64,000 bases of DNA, taken from IMG/VR virus record IMGVR_UViG_3300026292_000623, positions 1 through 64,000 of that record; one strand, 5' to 3'. Both the position numbers and the translations under genes were made by a program. Below the pieces are notes generated by a model. It saw only the letters and a list, made by a program, of their open reading frames with translations, searched no databases and had not been told where the DNA came from. The DNA is from a virus. This document shows, one piece after another, positions 1 to 9,077 of the stretch (position 1 is the first letter of the stretch; the number at the start of each line of letters is the position of its first letter).

Positions 1-248
1 CTTTTAGCCCACCAAGGCCATTTTTTTACTCTGCTTAATAGTGGTCCTAATATCCATTCTAGTAATCTACTATATGCTGACCAAAAACGATCACTAATAT
101 TGTAAGGTGGTGTTTTTAATATTATTAATACAAATGCTATCCACCAAACCCATATTGGATGATCTTCACTTACGCCATATCCAAACATAAAAGGCAAAAT
201 TAATGCCGTTAGATATAAACCTATATAATTTCTTAAATGATTAAACAT
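1..248 (-). CDS. membrane protein, partial (runs off window start)
   Basis: Hand-translated MFNHLRNYIGLYLTALILPFMFG...WVWWIAFVLIIL...; open to position 1; start overlaps end of upstream gene; hydrophobic segments; not in ORF track. Confidence 0.6.
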   Translation of the reverse strand, partial: MFNHLRNYIGLYLTALILPFMFGYGVSEDHPIWVWWIAFVLIILKTPPYNISDRFWSAYSRLLEWILGPLLSRVKKWPWWAK

Positions 249-1305
249 AACTTTCACAATCTCCTTCTCTAACTATATCACTTGTTAAGCAATGGATACC
301 ACCATCCCAAAAATACTGATGACGGAAGTTCCAATAAATTGGTTCAATACCATGTGCTTCCATTTCAGCAAAGGCAGTTTCATTTTTACCTGTACATATT
401 ACTGTACTCTCGTCTATTGACAATACGTTTACATCAAATACACTTTCATCTGGACAGCCTACCCAGTGACTTAACCATTTGCTTACATACTCTTTATGAA
501 ATCTTTGTTTACGAGTTTTTTGAAAATCTTCTGGCATATCAAAATTATCAGCCACTTCTATTATAGTCCAATTCTTCATTTCTTCTGGTACCCAGTTTTT
601 ATTCCAGGTCATTAGTACGCCAGGTTTTAGCAATGCAATTTTGCCATCGATATGTCCTCCGACTGGTATGTCCAAAAATTGTGTCTTAGGATATCGCAAC
701 TTTATTTCACGTTGAATCCATTCACGGCCCAGTTCCGTACCTTTTCCTCGCTTATTGTCTCCCTCGTATGGTTGACTAAACAATACACGGTCCCCACACT
801 TTATCATGTTAGCCGCATGATAAAGTAAGCGATGATTCTCTACAAAGTAGTCATATTTTTTGCCACTTTCAATCATTGCTCCTGGCATACTAACCCAATC
901 AGCACCCTCACGAAACCATTTACTACAATGATCGTAATATGCTAAATTCTCAAAGTATCTATTATCACTTCCTGTATAAATTTCAAATATTGTATTACCG
1001 TAAGGCATTAATGTATCACGTGGCATTAATGGATGATTAGGGAATCTACAATGCATCCAAGGTAATTGGATTAATTCTCCAGCAGTTATTGTGAATATGT
1101 CTTTTGGTCTTACAACCTCAACACCTTTGTCTTTTAATATGTTTTCTAATACGGTTAAATCTTCGGCAGTTTCCCTAAATATCTGCTCCATGACATTTCT
1201 AGTTTCTTCATCTTTATGCCATGAAAATGTTTCTGGGGGAAACGGAGCACCTAATATAACCCGTTTGAGCGGCTGAAACTCGCTCCATACATTTACTGAT
1301 TTCAT
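241..1305 (-). CDS. amidinotransferase (pentein fold; glycine / inosamine-phosphate amidinotransferase-like)
   Basis: N-terminal SEFQPLKRVILG, PRD, GHID, FDVNVLSID and C-terminal GGIHCLT with catalytic Cys. Confidence 0.85.
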   Translation of the reverse strand: MKSVNVWSEFQPLKRVILGAPFPPETFSWHKDEETRNVMEQIFRETAEDLTVLENILKDKGVEVVRPKDIFTITAGELIQLPWMHCRFPNHPLMPRDTLMPYGNTIFEIYTGSDNRYFENLAYYDHCSKWFREGADWVSMPGAMIESGKKYDYFVENHRLLYHAANMIKCGDRVLFSQPYEGDNKRGKGTELGREWIQREIKLRYPKTQFLDIPVGGHIDGKIALLKPGVLMTWNKNWVPEEMKNWTIIEVADNFDMPEDFQKTRKQRFHKEYVSKWLSHWVGCPDESVFDVNVLSIDESTVICTGKNETAFAEMEAHGIEPIYWNFRHQYFWDGGIHCLTSDIVREGDCESYV

Positions 1306-1362
1306 TATGGTTCCTTTGGTAATATCTTGTATTATTGGTCAAGTAGACCTGATTTCTGTTGC

Positions 1363-1376
1363 ATAAATATATTTAT
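1363..1376. promoter_or_regulatory. palindromic back-to-back late-promoter motif ATAAATATATTTAT
   Basis: Perfect 14-bp palindrome with ATAAATA on both strands, between divergent genes; T4 late consensus is TATAAATA. Confidence 0.55.
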
Positions 1377-1408
1377 CCGTATATAATATATACATTGGAG
1401 CAACAATC

Positions 1409-2239
1409 ATGACAAGAATCGCTAAAGACATTATAGCAAAGAATGACTTTGTAGTCAACGTATTTGACTATAATAATGACAAAATATTCGATACAGACGA
1501 GCTATATGCCGCCTTTGAGAGCGGTTGGCCAGTAGTAATACAGAACTTACCAATAGAAGGACTAGATTATCAATACTATGATGATCTACCTGATTGGACT
1601 ATTGAAGATAATAAATGGATTATGCCTTGGTATAATAGTCATATTAAGAATAGAACTAGATTAATGCTAGAACGTGGTTGGAATGATGAGCAGATTGATA
1701 TATTCCATAAGAAACATAAGCAGGCAAATAATGCTTGGAATGAATTATTTGATAAAATGTTTCCAAAATATAAAACCACAGAACGTATGCTCAGTCATAG
1801 ATATAATACATTGGTTGAGAATAAGCTACATTTAGATGAATTAGATGAACAACATACAGGCAATGAACAACAGATAAGAATGTTTGTACAACTAGATAAA
1901 AAGAGACCAAGAGTGTTAACATTTGGTCCTGATTTAGAACAACTGTATCACAAATATTATTGGGATTTTAATTTAAAAGAATTAGATAAAAATAATGTAC
2001 ACACTTTTATAAGTGAAATGAGAAATCGTTGTGTATGGAATGAAAAGAAATGGGATCAGTTTCATCACCCATTACATTACATAACTTTTAATCCAGGTGA
2101 CATTTGGTTTTTTAATGCACAATGGATTACTCACCAAATTGTGTTTGGCACAAAATTACAATGCTTTGAAGCTGATATACTAAATGATAGTTTAATCTAT
2201 CCTGAATTATGTATGGCTGAACGTATTAAAAAATTATAA
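1409..2239 (+). CDS. Kdo hydroxylase (KdoO)-like Fe(II)/2-oxoglutarate dioxygenase
   Basis: LHLD (HxD), RMFVQLD..PRV, FNPGDIWFF...THQIVFG follow the KdoO motif order. Confidence 0.6.
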   Translation: MTRIAKDIIAKNDFVVNVFDYNNDKIFDTDELYAAFESGWPVVIQNLPIEGLDYQYYDDLPDWTIEDNKWIMPWYNSHIKNRTRLMLERGWNDEQIDIFHKKHKQANNAWNELFDKMFPKYKTTERMLSHRYNTLVENKLHLDELDEQHTGNEQQIRMFVQLDKKRPRVLTFGPDLEQLYHKYYWDFNLKELDKNNVHTFISEMRNRCVWNEKKWDQFHHPLHYITFNPGDIWFFNAQWITHQIVFGTKLQCFEADILNDSLIYPELCMAERIKKL

Positions 2240-2917
2240 TTTTAATTTATATATACTATCAAATGGAGGTTCTGGATAAGGCCTATAATCATATGGATAT
2301 GGTATTCTTCTATGATAACCAATTCTAGGATCTACATAATGAGGATACATACTTTCTTTTCCTGTTGCAGAATCAATATAGTTACGTCTACCTACACCAA
2401 TTACTAAATCTGTTTTACCGTGTGTTCCTAATATCTCTGCGGTTCTACTACGACTTCTAACACATTGACATAACGCAGTATCCCAACCTCTAGCAGTAAG
2501 TGCATGAATAAATGACAAAGCAACCATACCTATTTCTATGTTATCTGTATTAGCTACACCAAGTGGTTCACGATGCTCTATTGTTTGGAATCTAGTTTCT
2601 AAGTCGTGTACATTACGTTTACTAAAAACTATTAGTGTTGGAGCAAGTACTTGAGGATTGCCTTTGTCTTCTTCAACAGATTTATCTGTATTTCGATGAC
2701 TGTTTAAATGTAATTGTTTTCTTGTTTCCTCATCTTTTGGTCCTCTGATTATATCAATTATGTATGGCATTTTTCTATTTTTACTAGGACAGTATTTCCA
2801 AACTTCTCTAGCAACTTCTTCCATAACATCAGCAGGTATTTCTTCTTCAGTCCAACTAAATGTAGTTGAACGATTAGAAATAATATCTACCCATTTCTCA
2901 TATTTAAAATAAGACAT
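2234..2917 (-). CDS. nitroreductase-family flavoprotein
   Basis: NRSTTFSW..EEIP, CPSKNRKMPY (cf. APSxxNxQPW), EIGMVAL...A.ARGWDT. Confidence 0.7.
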   Translation of the reverse strand: MSYFKYEKWVDIISNRSTTFSWTEEEIPADVMEEVAREVWKYCPSKNRKMPYIIDIIRGPKDEETRKQLHLNSHRNTDKSVEEDKGNPQVLAPTLIVFSKRNVHDLETRFQTIEHREPLGVANTDNIEIGMVALSFIHALTARGWDTALCQCVRSRSRTAEILGTHGKTDLVIGVGRRNYIDSATGKESMYPHYVDPRIGYHRRIPYPYDYRPYPEPPFDSIYKLKL

Positions 2918-2944
2918 ATAGTACTTGTTCCTTTACACTATTTA

Positions 2945-4771
2945 TTATGCTTCTACTATGTATTCATAGAAATACGTGGTTGTTGCTGGTCCAACATTTA
3001 CATCAAAGAAGTAGTCATAATAGTTTCCACTAACTTGTACTTTACTGATATTACCTGATACTAACATTGATGCTATTGTAGTCGTGTTATTACCAATTTC
3101 AAAACTATCTCCTACTGATAAGTTATCTAGAACATATGAAATATTACGGCGTAAGTCTTTGTCAACACCTTCATTCATTCTAATACGTACTTGTGGGTTA
3201 CCAGTTGAACTATCACCTGAATTGTACCATTGTGCCTGCGGTGAACCAGAATCAGCATGGTATTCACCACCTAAGAATGTGTCACCTGATGATGGCGGAC
3301 TCCAAACTCCTGATGGATCAGCAATATGGAACCATTGTGATTTAGAAAGAACATTACTATAATCACCAGCTTCTTTCATCAACCAAACTTGTCTAAGCTC
3401 ACCATCTTCTGTTGTTGAATCATCTATCGCAGTTATAGTAGCACTAACTTGTCCATTTGAAACTGTTAGAGTTCCACTTGTTCCAGGCTGTCCTGATATA
3501 TCATTCCAATTTGGATCGCCAGCTGAATCATAGCTACCATAATATGTTGATACACAAGTGAAGTATACTGTAACTCCGTCTGGTGCATCTGTTGTTGCTG
3601 TCCAAGTCATGGTATCGCCTTCAGCTAATTGCGCCTGATAATTTGAATCGTCATAGTTATTAGTGTCAATGGTGCTGGATGAATTAGTAGGATGATCAAT
3701 CGTTGTTGTTACACTCCAATTATAAGCAGATGCATCCTGTACCGGATCTTGTGATGTATCATTGATTGTAATTTCAGGAGTTTGTGTTACATAATTATCT
3801 GGAACATCTGCCCACTCGTCTGCTATTGAAATTTTAATTGTAAATTTTTCGAATCCAGCTTCAGTAATATTGTCAGCTGAAATAGAAAGTGATGTAGTAG
3901 TTCCTCCACCTGATACTGGTGGCTTTCTTGCAAGTGATTGTGTACCATCCATAAGCCAATCAATGTAGTGCGGCGTGCCGCTTTCGTTGAATTCGCTGTT
4001 CTCAACTAAATGAACCCATAGATAAGTTCCATCTGGTGCATCTGTTGTAGTAGTGATAGTATAATCTTCACCTTCATTAACACTTGTCACTTCCTGACCA
4101 GTGGCGTCAGATGTAAGAGCTACTGTATATGTATATTGTGATAAGTCAATTGAACCTGCATCACTTGTATCATTAAGTACAACAGGAATTGTTGCTTCAC
4201 CATTGTCTAATGTTAATTGTAAAGTTTCAGCTCCCTCTGTAGTAGTATCTTCAGTAGTATTTAAAGTTATTGAATCTGTTGTTCCTGTTACAAAGTTTCC
4301 TGTAAGACTAGCGCCGTCTATATCTGCACTAGCAACTCCAGATATTGTATATGGCACGGTAGTTCCAGTCGCTACGCCTGATGTTGCTAGTGTGATTGTA
4401 ACACTACTTCCTTCATCAACAGAGTTAACATCACTAGTTAATGTATAGACTACAGTTACTTGATTCTTTTCTGCAAATAAGTCTCCATCTTCTGTTGCGT
4501 GTATTGTCCAATCACCTACTTTAACACCTCCATCTGCTATAAAAGGCCTTTGTGAACCTGTTATTGCAGTTTCAGATAGATTCATATCTCCATTACCGTC
4601 AACTGTCATTCTCCAGTCACCGATACGTAGACCTTTATCAACTCTAAACATTCTTTGTGAACCTGATATAGTATGCATATTAGAAACTTGCAGGTCGCCG
4701 TTTGCTAATTCTACGATGCTCCATTCGCCTAAACGAACGCCAGCATCTGCCATAAATGCTTTTTGTGCCAT
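2945..4771 (-). CDS. virion fibre / adhesin-like protein with N-terminal repeats and Calx-beta-like repeats
   Basis: Three ~34-aa F-x-x-D-x-G-x-x-x-G-x-W repeats, then three (SV)xEG...TT(D/E)G(A)E beta-sandwich repeats; Ser/Thr/Asp-rich; ATAAATA motif upstream. Confidence 0.6.
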   Translation of the reverse strand: MAQKAFMADAGVRLGEWSIVELANGDLQVSNMHTISGSQRMFRVDKGLRIGDWRMTVDGNGDMNLSETAITGSQRPFIADGGVKVGDWTIHATEDGDLFAEKNQVTVVYTLTSDVNSVDEGSSVTITLATSGVATGTTVPYTISGVASADIDGASLTGNFVTGTTDSITLNTTEDTTTEGAETLQLTLDNGEATIPVVLNDTSDAGSIDLSQYTYTVALTSDATGQEVTSVNEGEDYTITTTTDAPDGTYLWVHLVENSEFNESGTPHYIDWLMDGTQSLARKPPVSGGGTTTSLSISADNITEAGFEKFTIKISIADEWADVPDNYVTQTPEITINDTSQDPVQDASAYNWSVTTTIDHPTNSSSTIDTNNYDDSNYQAQLAEGDTMTWTATTDAPDGVTVYFTCVSTYYGSYDSAGDPNWNDISGQPGTSGTLTVSNGQVSATITAIDDSTTEDGELRQVWLMKEAGDYSNVLSKSQWFHIADPSGVWSPPSSGDTFLGGEYHADSGSPQAQWYNSGDSSTGNPQVRIRMNEGVDKDLRRNISYVLDNLSVGDSFEIGNNTTTIASMLVSGNISKVQVSGNYYDYFFDVNVGPATTTYFYEYIVEA

Positions 4772-4853
4772 GGTTTTCTCCTAAATTATTACAGTTACTT
4801 CTCTAACTATTTCTAATATTTATTATGATCTTAATTAGAATTAACCATTTGGT

Positions 4854-4916
4854 TTATTTTTGATTTAGTATTCTTTTAAGCAAATCTACGTATTTTTTAT
4901 ATTCTTCTTTACTCAT
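4854..4916 (-). CDS. possible 20-aa peptide
   Basis: MSKEEYKKYVDLLKRILNQK preceded by GGAG ribosome-binding site; hand-translated. Confidence 0.3.
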   Translation of the reverse strand: MSKEEYKKYVDLLKRILNQK

Positions 4917-5736
4917 TATTTTCTCCTAGTTTATCTAATGCTGAAATCATTCTTGTCATTCCAATTCCACCACCTACTCTTGGAAAAAAGTCAAACTCTA
5001 AGAATTTTTCTAATTCTGCTTCTACACGTTCTTTACCAAACAAGTCAAATAGTAACTTACTATATGCACCGTCTGTGATTGTATGGAATGTATCACGCAT
5101 TTGCTCTACGTCTGTAGAACGCTCTGCTGATCCTATTGTTTCCATTCCACCTAGTATTACATCTATCTTTTTACTTGTACCATCAGTATTTCTACTCATA
5201 TTCCAGAAAGGACTTGTAAACTCTGGAAAGTCAGTTATACTGCAACTACCAAACTTTTCGTACATATCAGTTTCGTGTTCAGCTTTTAGTTCGCCTTCTA
5301 CTTTGTAGTATGTTTGCCACTCTGCATAAGTTTTTTGAGTTATTGGATCAAACCCTAAATGGTCACATAATTCAATTTCCATTTGCCTTAAGTCATTTAT
5401 GTCTCCTGGCATTTCAAATTCAAACATTGGAAATATTATATCGTGTCTTCCTGGTATTGCATTTGGTTCTTGTCTATATGAAGTACTTACACAAAAGAAT
5501 CCTTTTGATTCTGGTTCTGTAAGTAACTCGTGTTCTAGCCACATTTGGCCTGTTTGTGGAAGTGGCCATACTTGGCCTGCATACTTGTATGTTGCTACAT
5601 TGAACGGATCTTCACAAGCCGCTAATATAGATAATCTGTTTTGGGTATGAACTTCTTGGAAGCCTTTAGCCAAAAAAAATGACCTTAAAAGGCCAACTGT
5701 CTTCGTAAATTTTACGGGGGATATTAACTGTGTCAT
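4909..5736 (-). CDS. truncated class IIb aminoacyl-tRNA synthetase paralogue (AsnRS/AspRS catalytic domain only; archaeal Asn synthetase / EpmA-like)
   Basis: Motif 1 LRSFFLAKGFQEV, LPQTGQ, motif 2 YRQE...RH..F.MFEFE, ETIGSAER, motif 3 GGGIGMTR; no anticodon-binding domain. Confidence 0.8.
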   Translation of the reverse strand: MTQLISPVKFTKTVGLLRSFFLAKGFQEVHTQNRLSILAACEDPFNVATYKYAGQVWPLPQTGQMWLEHELLTEPESKGFFCVSTSYRQEPNAIPGRHDIIFPMFEFEMPGDINDLRQMEIELCDHLGFDPITQKTYAEWQTYYKVEGELKAEHETDMYEKFGSCSITDFPEFTSPFWNMSRNTDGTSKKIDVILGGMETIGSAERSTDVEQMRDTFHTITDGAYSKLLFDLFGKERVEAELEKFLEFDFFPRVGGGIGMTRMISALDKLGENNE

Positions 5737-5808
5737 TTCTTTTCCTTTTCGTTGTTCAAAAAAAAATATTCGATAGCCAAAAAAAAATCTGATTAATTTG
5801 TTATCGTT

Positions 5809-5973
5809 TTATTTATCTTCTGCGTCTTCTTTTAATCTAAATTTAATGTTGCAATATCCACATACTGCTTCTCCACCATCTGGTATAGTATAATATACTT
5901 TAGGGTGATCACCTTCTGGATCTCCAGTACATGAAACTTTCTTGTCATCTACATATATTATTGTTTGTTCCAT
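5809..5973 (-). CDS. zf-CHCC zinc-finger protein (54 aa)
   Basis: Hand-translated MEQTIIYVDDKKVSCTGDPEGDHPKVYYTIPDGGEAVCGYCNIKF...; C..HPxVY..CxYC; TAATG-coupled to upstream gene; missing from ORF track. Confidence 0.85.
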   Translation of the reverse strand: MEQTIIYVDDKKVSCTGDPEGDHPKVYYTIPDGGEAVCGYCNIKFRLKEDAEDK

Positions 5974-7202
5974 TATCTTCTTAACTCGTTATTGCCCCAT
6001 AAACGACCAAAATCAATTCCTTGATCTCCACGTTCTGGAAAATAGTCTTCACAGTCTCCTTCACGTTCTAAATCACTTGTAGCACAATGCAACCCACCGT
6101 CCCAGAAGAATCTGTGCCTCATATTACAGGTAACAACATCTACTTTATGCTTACCTAATCTATCTTCAAGTTCTTTAGCAGGTCCACTAGCAATTACTGT
6201 ATTCTCATCAACACTTAAACAATTTACATCAAAATTAGTCTCCCAACAAGCACCTACACTAGGGTGCATATATAAGTCAATAAACTTATGTAATGCTTCG
6301 TTTTGTTCTTCGCCTGCTATCCAATAATCTGCTACTGGTCTTTTTTTGTTTAATCTCCATTCGTCTTTTATTGCTACTCTATAATCTTGCCAAGCAGATG
6401 TGTGATCGTTATGCTTTCTGTCTATTTTAATCACGTCCCAACCTGGATATGTTTCTTCGTATTTGTTTACGTTTGTATGACTAATAAGTAATCCTGGTCG
6501 TATTAGAGCTAATACTGCATCTGTATGTCCACCCATAACTGTAGTATTGATTCTAAAATTGTATCCATATATTTCATTAAACTTTTTAAACCATTCAACC
6601 AATACTTTAGTAGGACCATTAAAGTCATGCAAGTCAATCATAATATCTCTACCAGTTCTCATAATACTAGGCCATGAAATAGCAAATCCTTTACCAGGAC
6701 TTATCTCTTGGCATTCTTTTATTATGTTTAGTTCATTATTTGCATCTGCTAAATCTATGTAATCATTACAGCCTGCCCAAGGTGCATATTCGTCTTTATT
6801 AAAAATGTTATCTTTATCTATTATTGTTTTATTCCATTTTCCAAAAACAGAATCAGTTTTTCCAGTTAATAGTTTTTCACCAAATATAATTTGATCATCT
6901 CTAGGTGTATTAAATGGTCTTGGTATGTATCCTTCTTCCTCTACAAATTCAGTTACACTTTCATATCTTTTATGATCTACAACACAAGTATCTGGCATTC
7001 TGTAAACTTTTACACCGTAGCTTTCTGTTAATACTTTACAAAAATAATCCAAGTCTTCTCTGGTTTCTTCATTTACTTTAGTCATTACGTCTGCTACTTT
7101 TTTATCATGATAGTCTTCAAAGAAACCTTTTGGAAATACATTTCCTACCATTACCTTTGTTAGTTTATCCCAACTATTATAACTTTTAAATCCAAAATTC
7201 AT
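5973..7202 (-). CDS. amidinotransferase (pentein fold), second paralogue
   Basis: SWDKLTKVMVG, PRD, GHTD, FDVNCLSVD, GGLHCAT. Confidence 0.85.
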   Translation of the reverse strand: MNFGFKSYNSWDKLTKVMVGNVFPKGFFEDYHDKKVADVMTKVNEETREDLDYFCKVLTESYGVKVYRMPDTCVVDHKRYESVTEFVEEEGYIPRPFNTPRDDQIIFGEKLLTGKTDSVFGKWNKTIIDKDNIFNKDEYAPWAGCNDYIDLADANNELNIIKECQEISPGKGFAISWPSIMRTGRDIMIDLHDFNGPTKVLVEWFKKFNEIYGYNFRINTTVMGGHTDAVLALIRPGLLISHTNVNKYEETYPGWDVIKIDRKHNDHTSAWQDYRVAIKDEWRLNKKRPVADYWIAGEEQNEALHKFIDLYMHPSVGACWETNFDVNCLSVDENTVIASGPAKELEDRLGKHKVDVVTCNMRHRFFWDGGLHCATSDLEREGDCEDYFPERGDQGIDFGRLWGNNELRR

Positions 7203-7279
7203 TTTATTTACTCCATAAATTGCTAAACCACAATTCCCATTTACATGACCAGCTTATGTTATCTCTGATATGTTCTATG

Positions 7280-8536
7280 TCAATCGAGTTCATTTCTAAT
7301 TCGTTCAAACTCGGGCGACACTTTGGTAACAGTTTGTTTCCTGAATCTGTCGTAGTTTTCAGTGACTTTGACGTACTCACGCATGATGCTAGGATCATAC
7401 TTATGCTTACGATCAAGACTAAAATTAACCACTTCCATAAGAGGTTCTTCATACTGTTTAAAGTGTGGACTGTTTCCGATACTTTTAAGAAATTCCAATA
7501 TTTGTTCACGTTGTCTCTCTTTCAACCATTCTGGAGCATGAGCCATACTGTAATATTGAGGTTCTATAAGTTGATTAGTACTCATACCAATACCTCTATT
7601 ACTAGTCATTTGGTAGTCATGCATAAACTTCCAAAATTTTGTAATGTGAAGTGCATTAGTCATCTGGTTAACTGTAGTAACTCTTACCTTAATACGTTTA
7701 CCTTCTTTAGTATCTGCGAACTTAACTAACTTGTCAAAGTTTTTCCAAACACTATTCCATTTAGATGGCGGTCTTAAATAATCGTTCATTTCTCCCATAC
7801 CTTCTAATGAGCAATTAACTATTACACGTTCAAACTTACTTAATTGTTCTAACCATTTGTCTTGCATATTAGTAATGTTTGTATAAAAACTTAATTCAAT
7901 ATGTTCTGCGTGTCCACTTTCTACTGCAAGATCTAATAGTTTAAACATATCTTTGGCTACTGTTGGTTCACCTCCGATTAATTTTATTTTACGAGCATAC
8001 TTTAACATAGGAGTAAAACTTTCCCATTCTATTCCTGGTTGAAGTAATGCTTCTTTTTTATCTGCAATCATGCCTTTCCAATCCTTGTGATCTACTCCAA
8101 GTCCTTGGTCTATCATTTTTGCACGTTCTATACTTACCAAATGTGATGCTTCTTTATTACACATTTGACATTGTAAATTACATAAATTTCCTAGTCTAAA
8201 ATCAAATTGTAATGGTTGATCTACTTTCCAATCGTTAGCTGATGCATCAGCTACTACATCGTCAATTACATCTTTCCATTGTTCGTTTTCCCATTGTCTT
8301 GAACTCATAATACCATTACGTTCCAAGTGTTGACATTCTCCACATTCAGGTAACCATTCACCTGCTGTCATTTTACGTCTTACTTCTTTTACATAGTCAT
8401 GATTCCAAGTACCTTCAATGCCTAGTTCTTCTTGATTAACTAACTTCTTAGGTTCTTTAGCCATACAACATAGCCTATAACGTCCACCGTTATATGTACT
8501 ATATTGAACAAATGGTAACGAACAAAATCCGCTCAT
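7280..8536 (-). CDS. radical SAM protein with N-terminal twitch/SPASM-like domain
   Basis: FCSLPF..RLCC..CxxC, then CNLQCQMC and GGEP; likely start MSGFC (ORF track start 8569). Confidence 0.85.
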   Translation of the reverse strand: MSGFCSLPFVQYSTYNGGRYRLCCMAKEPKKLVNQEELGIEGTWNHDYVKEVRRKMTAGEWLPECGECQHLERNGIMSSRQWENEQWKDVIDDVVADASANDWKVDQPLQFDFRLGNLCNLQCQMCNKEASHLVSIERAKMIDQGLGVDHKDWKGMIADKKEALLQPGIEWESFTPMLKYARKIKLIGGEPTVAKDMFKLLDLAVESGHAEHIELSFYTNITNMQDKWLEQLSKFERVIVNCSLEGMGEMNDYLRPPSKWNSVWKNFDKLVKFADTKEGKRIKVRVTTVNQMTNALHITKFWKFMHDYQMTSNRGIGMSTNQLIEPQYYSMAHAPEWLKERQREQILEFLKSIGNSPHFKQYEEPLMEVVNFSLDRKHKYDPSIMREYVKVTENYDRFRKQTVTKVSPEFERIRNELD

Positions 8537-8537
8537 A

Positions 8538-9077
8538 TTATATACACATCTCCAAAAAGGCACCAGCACCTTTTGATTGATTATTTTCCCATTCTATTGC
8601 CGCATTCTCATCAGCAAAATCTGTTACGTATTTGTAACATATAAATGGTTTATTAAAATGTCTACAAACCTTTGCTATACCGTAAGATTCCATATCAACT
8701 ACATCACTTGTAAGTTCTGGTGGTGCTTGTACAAAATTATCACCACTACTACAACTCCAAGCACTATTAGAAATTTTTAAATCTCCTTCAAATCCTGTTT
8801 CTTCAAATGGTGTAACACCTAAATCTGCTTGTGGTCTTGCATCCATATCACGTTGTTTAACTGTTCCTATTTGAATTAATTGTTCTGCTAGTTCTTTATT
8901 TAATGCACCAGCAGTTCCGTAATTAATAATTGCTTCGCAATCCTTTTGTATACAAGCCATAGTGGCAAACATTGTAGCATTTACTTTACCTACTCCATGA
9001 TACCATACTTTAAATTGTTCTGGATCTAAGTCATGCTCCGGCAATTCATTCTTTAACGCAATTAGTATATATTTCAT
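8538..9077 (-). CDS. MTA/SAH (5'-deoxyadenosine) nucleosidase family
   Basis: GVGKVNA, INYGTAG, SGDNFV, DMES, KYVTD motifs of the PNP/MTAN family. Confidence 0.8.
   Translation of the reverse strand: MKYILIALKNELPEHDLDPEQFKVWYHGVGKVNATMFATMACIQKDCEAIINYGTAGALNKELAEQLIQIGTVKQRDMDARPQADLGVTPFEETGFEGDLKISNSAWSCSSGDNFVQAPPELTSDVVDMESYGIAKVCRHFNKPFICYKYVTDFADENAAIEWENNQSKGAGAFLEMCI

Noticed and set aside
241-7202. Amidinotransferases as archaeosine synthases
   Set aside because: Archaeosine is made from preQ0 by ArcS, QueF-like or GAT-QueC proteins; these are pentein-fold enzymes and no preQ0 synthase is visible.
7204-7509. 101-aa ORF overlapping the radical SAM gene
   Set aside because: Mostly overlaps a real gene in another frame; at most a ~29-aa tail ORF, unsupported.
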